A stretch of DNA of 54,861 nucleotides, from assembly GCA_049320885.1 (NCBI GenBank), contig JBMORA010000055.1, positions 1-54,861 of the forward strand, read 5' to 3'. The stretch's first letter is position 1; the number at the start of each line of letters is the position of its first letter. Below the pieces are notes generated by a model. It searched no databases. It saw only the letters and a program-made list of their open reading frames with translations, and was not told the DNA's origin. This stretch comes from Thermodesulfobacteriota bacterium. GTDB taxonomy: Bacteria > Desulfobacterota > Desulfobacteria > Desulfobacterales > SURF-7. The position numbers were made by a program, and so were the translations under genes. Of the stretch, positions 52,438-54,861 are shown in pieces.

Positions 52438-53967
52438 CTACTCCCATTCAATCGTGCTGGGTGGTTTGGAGCTGATATCGTACACGACACGGTTGACGCC
52501 GCGGACTTCGTTGATGATGCGGTTGGAAATCCGGGCGAGAAGTTTCTGGGGCAGTCTTGCCCAGTCGGCGGTCATGGCATCCTTGCTGGTGACGGCCCTT
52601 ATGGCCACGATATTCTCGTAGGTTCTTTTATCTCCCATGATGCCGACACTTTTAATCGGCAGCAAGACGGCGAAGGACTGCCATAATTTGCGGTAATATC
52701 CGCCGGCCCGGATTTCTTCCTGGAGCACGGCGTCCACTTCCCGCAGGATGGAAAGCCGGTTTGCGGTGATTTCGCCGATGACGCGGATGGCCAGGCCCGG
52801 ACCCGGGAAAGGCTGGCGCCAGATCAGATTGTCTTCCAGTCCCAGCGCCTTTCCCAGCAACCGGACTTCATCCTTGAACAGATATTTTAACGGTTCCACC
52901 AGCTTGAGTTTCATTTTCAGCGGCAACCCCCCCACATTGTGGTGGGATTTGATGACCGATGTGGGGCCGCCGAAAGCGGATTGGGATTCGATGATATCCG
53001 GATACAGGGTTCCCTGGGCCAGAAACTCGGCATCGGACAATTTCCGGGCCTCGGCCTCGAAAACATCCATGAATATCTTGCCGATGATCTTGCGCTTTTT
53101 CTCCGGGTCGGACACGCCGGCAAGCGCGCGCAGAAACGGTTGCGCGGCGTTGACAAAGCGGATATTCAATTTCAGATGCTGCTGGAAGCTCTTTTTCAGC
53201 TGGGCCGCCTCGTTTTTCCGCAACAAGCCGTTGTCCACGAAAATACAGGTCAGATTTTTGCCAATGGCTTTGTGAATCAACAGGGCCGTCACGGTGGAAT
53301 CGACGCCGCCGCTGAGACCAAGAATGACCTTTTTTTCTCCCACGGTTTGCCGGATCTGATGAACGGCATCCCTGGCGAAATTTTTCATTGTCCAGTTGCG
53401 GCGGCATCCGCAGACATCGAAAAGGAAATTCCGTAGAATCAGTCTCCCCTTGGGAGTGTGTTGAACTTCCGGGTGGAACTGGACACCGTAAAACTTCCTC
53501 CGGGGGTCGACGGTGGCGGCGATGGCGGTATTGTCGGTGGAAGCGGTGATGTGGAATCCGGATGGAAGACGTTCGATGGAATCCCCGTGGCTCATCCAGC
53601 AGATGGTTTTTTCATGGATATCATGGAAAAGTCCCTGATGGTCCTTGATGGCCAGTTCCGCGAAGCCGTATTCCCGTTTTTCCGCTTTTTTGACCCTGCC
53701 GCCAAGAGAATGGATCATGTACTGCATGCCGTAACAGATGCCGAGGATGGGAATATCCAGATTGAAAATATCGGCTTTCATTTTGGGGCTGTTTTTTTCA
53801 TAAATACTGGAAGGACCGCCGGAGAGGATGATCCCTTCCGGTTTGATCGCATGGATTTCCGCAATCGAGATTCCGGGCGGCGCGATTTGACAATACACAC
53901 GGCATTCCCTTACACGCCGTGCAATCAACTGATTGAACTGTGATCCAAAATCAATGATCAGTATCAT
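52438..53967 (-). CDS. guaA: GMP synthase (glutamine-hydrolysing)
   Basis: IDFGSQF, GICYGMQ, QFHPEV, LSGGVDS, IKSHHNVGG, QPFPGPGLA, SKPPSTIEWE. Confidence 0.98.
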   Translation of the reverse strand: MILIIDFGSQFNQLIARRVRECRVYCQIAPPGISIAEIHAIKPEGIILSGGPSSIYEKNSPKMKADIFNLDIPILGICYGMQYMIHSLGGRVKKAEKREYGFAELAIKDHQGLFHDIHEKTICWMSHGDSIERLPSGFHITASTDNTAIAATVDPRRKFYGVQFHPEVQHTPKGRLILRNFLFDVCGCRRNWTMKNFARDAVHQIRQTVGEKKVILGLSGGVDSTVTALLIHKAIGKNLTCIFVDNGLLRKNEAAQLKKSFQQHLKLNIRFVNAAQPFLRALAGVSDPEKKRKIIGKIFMDVFEAEARKLSDAEFLAQGTLYPDIIESQSAFGGPTSVIKSHHNVGGLPLKMKLKLVEPLKYLFKDEVRLLGKALGLEDNLIWRQPFPGPGLAIRVIGEITANRLSILREVDAVLQEEIRAGGYYRKLWQSFAVLLPIKSVGIMGDKRTYENIVAIRAVTSKDAMTADWARLPQKLLARISNRIINEVRGVNRVVYDISSKPPSTIEWE

Positions 53968-54215
53968 ACCCTTCCTTTACAGACGCAAGCGCGGTGCTCT
54001 TATTCTGGATAATGGTATCGTCCGACTTCACTACCCCATCCGATCTTGAAAGCGAAATACCTGTGAAGCCGATAAAAATCAAGTCCTTTAAATAATTTGC
54101 CAAAAAATTGTGGATATGGTAGACCCAGCTGGAAATGACGGTGGATAATTTTGTTTCAATTAAGACAATTAGTTGCATGTCATCGGCCGGGAACTGGAGA
54201 ATCGCTTGGGGGGAA

Positions 54216-54861
54216 ATGCAGAAAATCATCGTTCAGATTTATGAAATTCAGGATGCGGCGGAGGCCGGGAAACTGGTGGAAATCGGCGTGGATCATATCG
54301 GCAGCGTGATTGTATCCGCAGCGGATTGGAAAGAGCCCGGTGTTAAAGAAACCATCGATTTGATACGTCAATCAGACAGCCGCAGCAGCCTGATCCTGCT
54401 GTTTCATGATCCGCAGACCGTCTATCGCGCATTGGATTACTATCAGCCGCACATCGTGCATTTCTGTGAAGCCCTGAGCCATACAAACGGCATACCCGAT
54501 GAGTTCTGCCACAGGCTGTTCCAATTGCAGGCCGATATCCGGGATCGTTATCCACAGCTCCGGATCATGCGATCCATTCCCATGGGAAGGCAACCTGCCG
54601 TTGCGGCTTCGGCTTATCGGGAGATGGCGGCCCTGTTCGAGCCGGTGAGTGATTTTTTTTTGACCGACACGGTACTCCCCGGCGATGGTGACACGACCGG
54701 CGAGAATCAACCGGTTCAGGGTTTTGTCGGCATCACGGGCAAAACCTGCGATTGGCGGGCGGCCAGGATTCTGGTTCAGACCAGCCGGATTCCGGTAATT
54801 CTGGCGGGCGGTCTCTCTCCCGGGAATGTCGGCGATGGTATCCGGCAGGTCGGACCGGCGG
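54216..54861 (+). CDS. Phosphoribosylanthranilate isomerase (TrpF)-like protein, truncated by the window end
   Basis: Manual translation MQKIIVQIYEIQD...GVDHIG...FLTDT...GITGKTCDW...PVILAGGLSPGNV; frame stays open to the edge. Confidence 0.8.
   Translation, partial: MQKIIVQIYEIQDAAEAGKLVEIGVDHIGSVIVSAADWKEPGVKETIDLIRQSDSRSSLILLFHDPQTVYRALDYYQPHIVHFCEALSHTNGIPDEFCHRLFQLQADIRDRYPQLRIMRSIPMGRQPAVAASAYREMAALFEPVSDFFLTDTVLPGDGDTTGENQPVQGFVGITGKTCDWRAARILVQTSRIPVILAGGLSPGNVGDGIRQVGPA

Noticed and set aside
1..54861. Selenocysteine read-through or programmed frameshifts
   Set aside because: No recognised gene appeared truncated at an in-frame TGA or split across frames; checked by eye only

Overview
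GC-rich bacterial chromosome segment, most consistent with an anaerobic deltaproteobacterium (Desulfobacterota, Desulfobacterales-like); this is inferred from gene content (CooC, LarB, VPLPA-CTERM protein, TIGR03790-like protein). No rRNA, tRNA, CRISPR, transposase or phage genes were recognised. Routine genes include pqiA/pqiA/pqiB/pqiC, spmAB, dinB, srkA, a THUMP methyltransferase, uup, truC, rlmN-like, larB, kdsB, a Ski2/HelY-type helicase, cooC, a U32 protein, a MazG-like protein, guaA and a trpF-like gene. The centrepiece is a ~17.7 kb co-oriented acyl-CoA catabolic cluster (24360-42095) resembling the eukaryotic peroxisomal branched-chain beta-oxidation set. It encodes a domain-permuted MFE-2-like protein, a four-domain fusion of an apparently dead HMG-CoA-synthase-like domain with DUF35, SDR and SCP2, an SCP2-type thiolase and an AMACR-like protein. 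It also has three adjacent acyl-CoA dehydrogenases with mutually complementary motif losses (predicted heteromers sharing one beta subunit), a CoA ligase and a TetR regulator, with a candidate operator at the cluster promoter. Other notable items: an MMPL/RND transporter fused directly to an intact histidine kinase, a 3beta-HSD-like/KDSR-like double SDR, a sigma-54 promoter with a palindromic candidate enhancer upstream of the VPLPA-CTERM gene, and period-7 tandem repeats at many gene junctions. All calls come from reading motifs by eye; no database searches were run.
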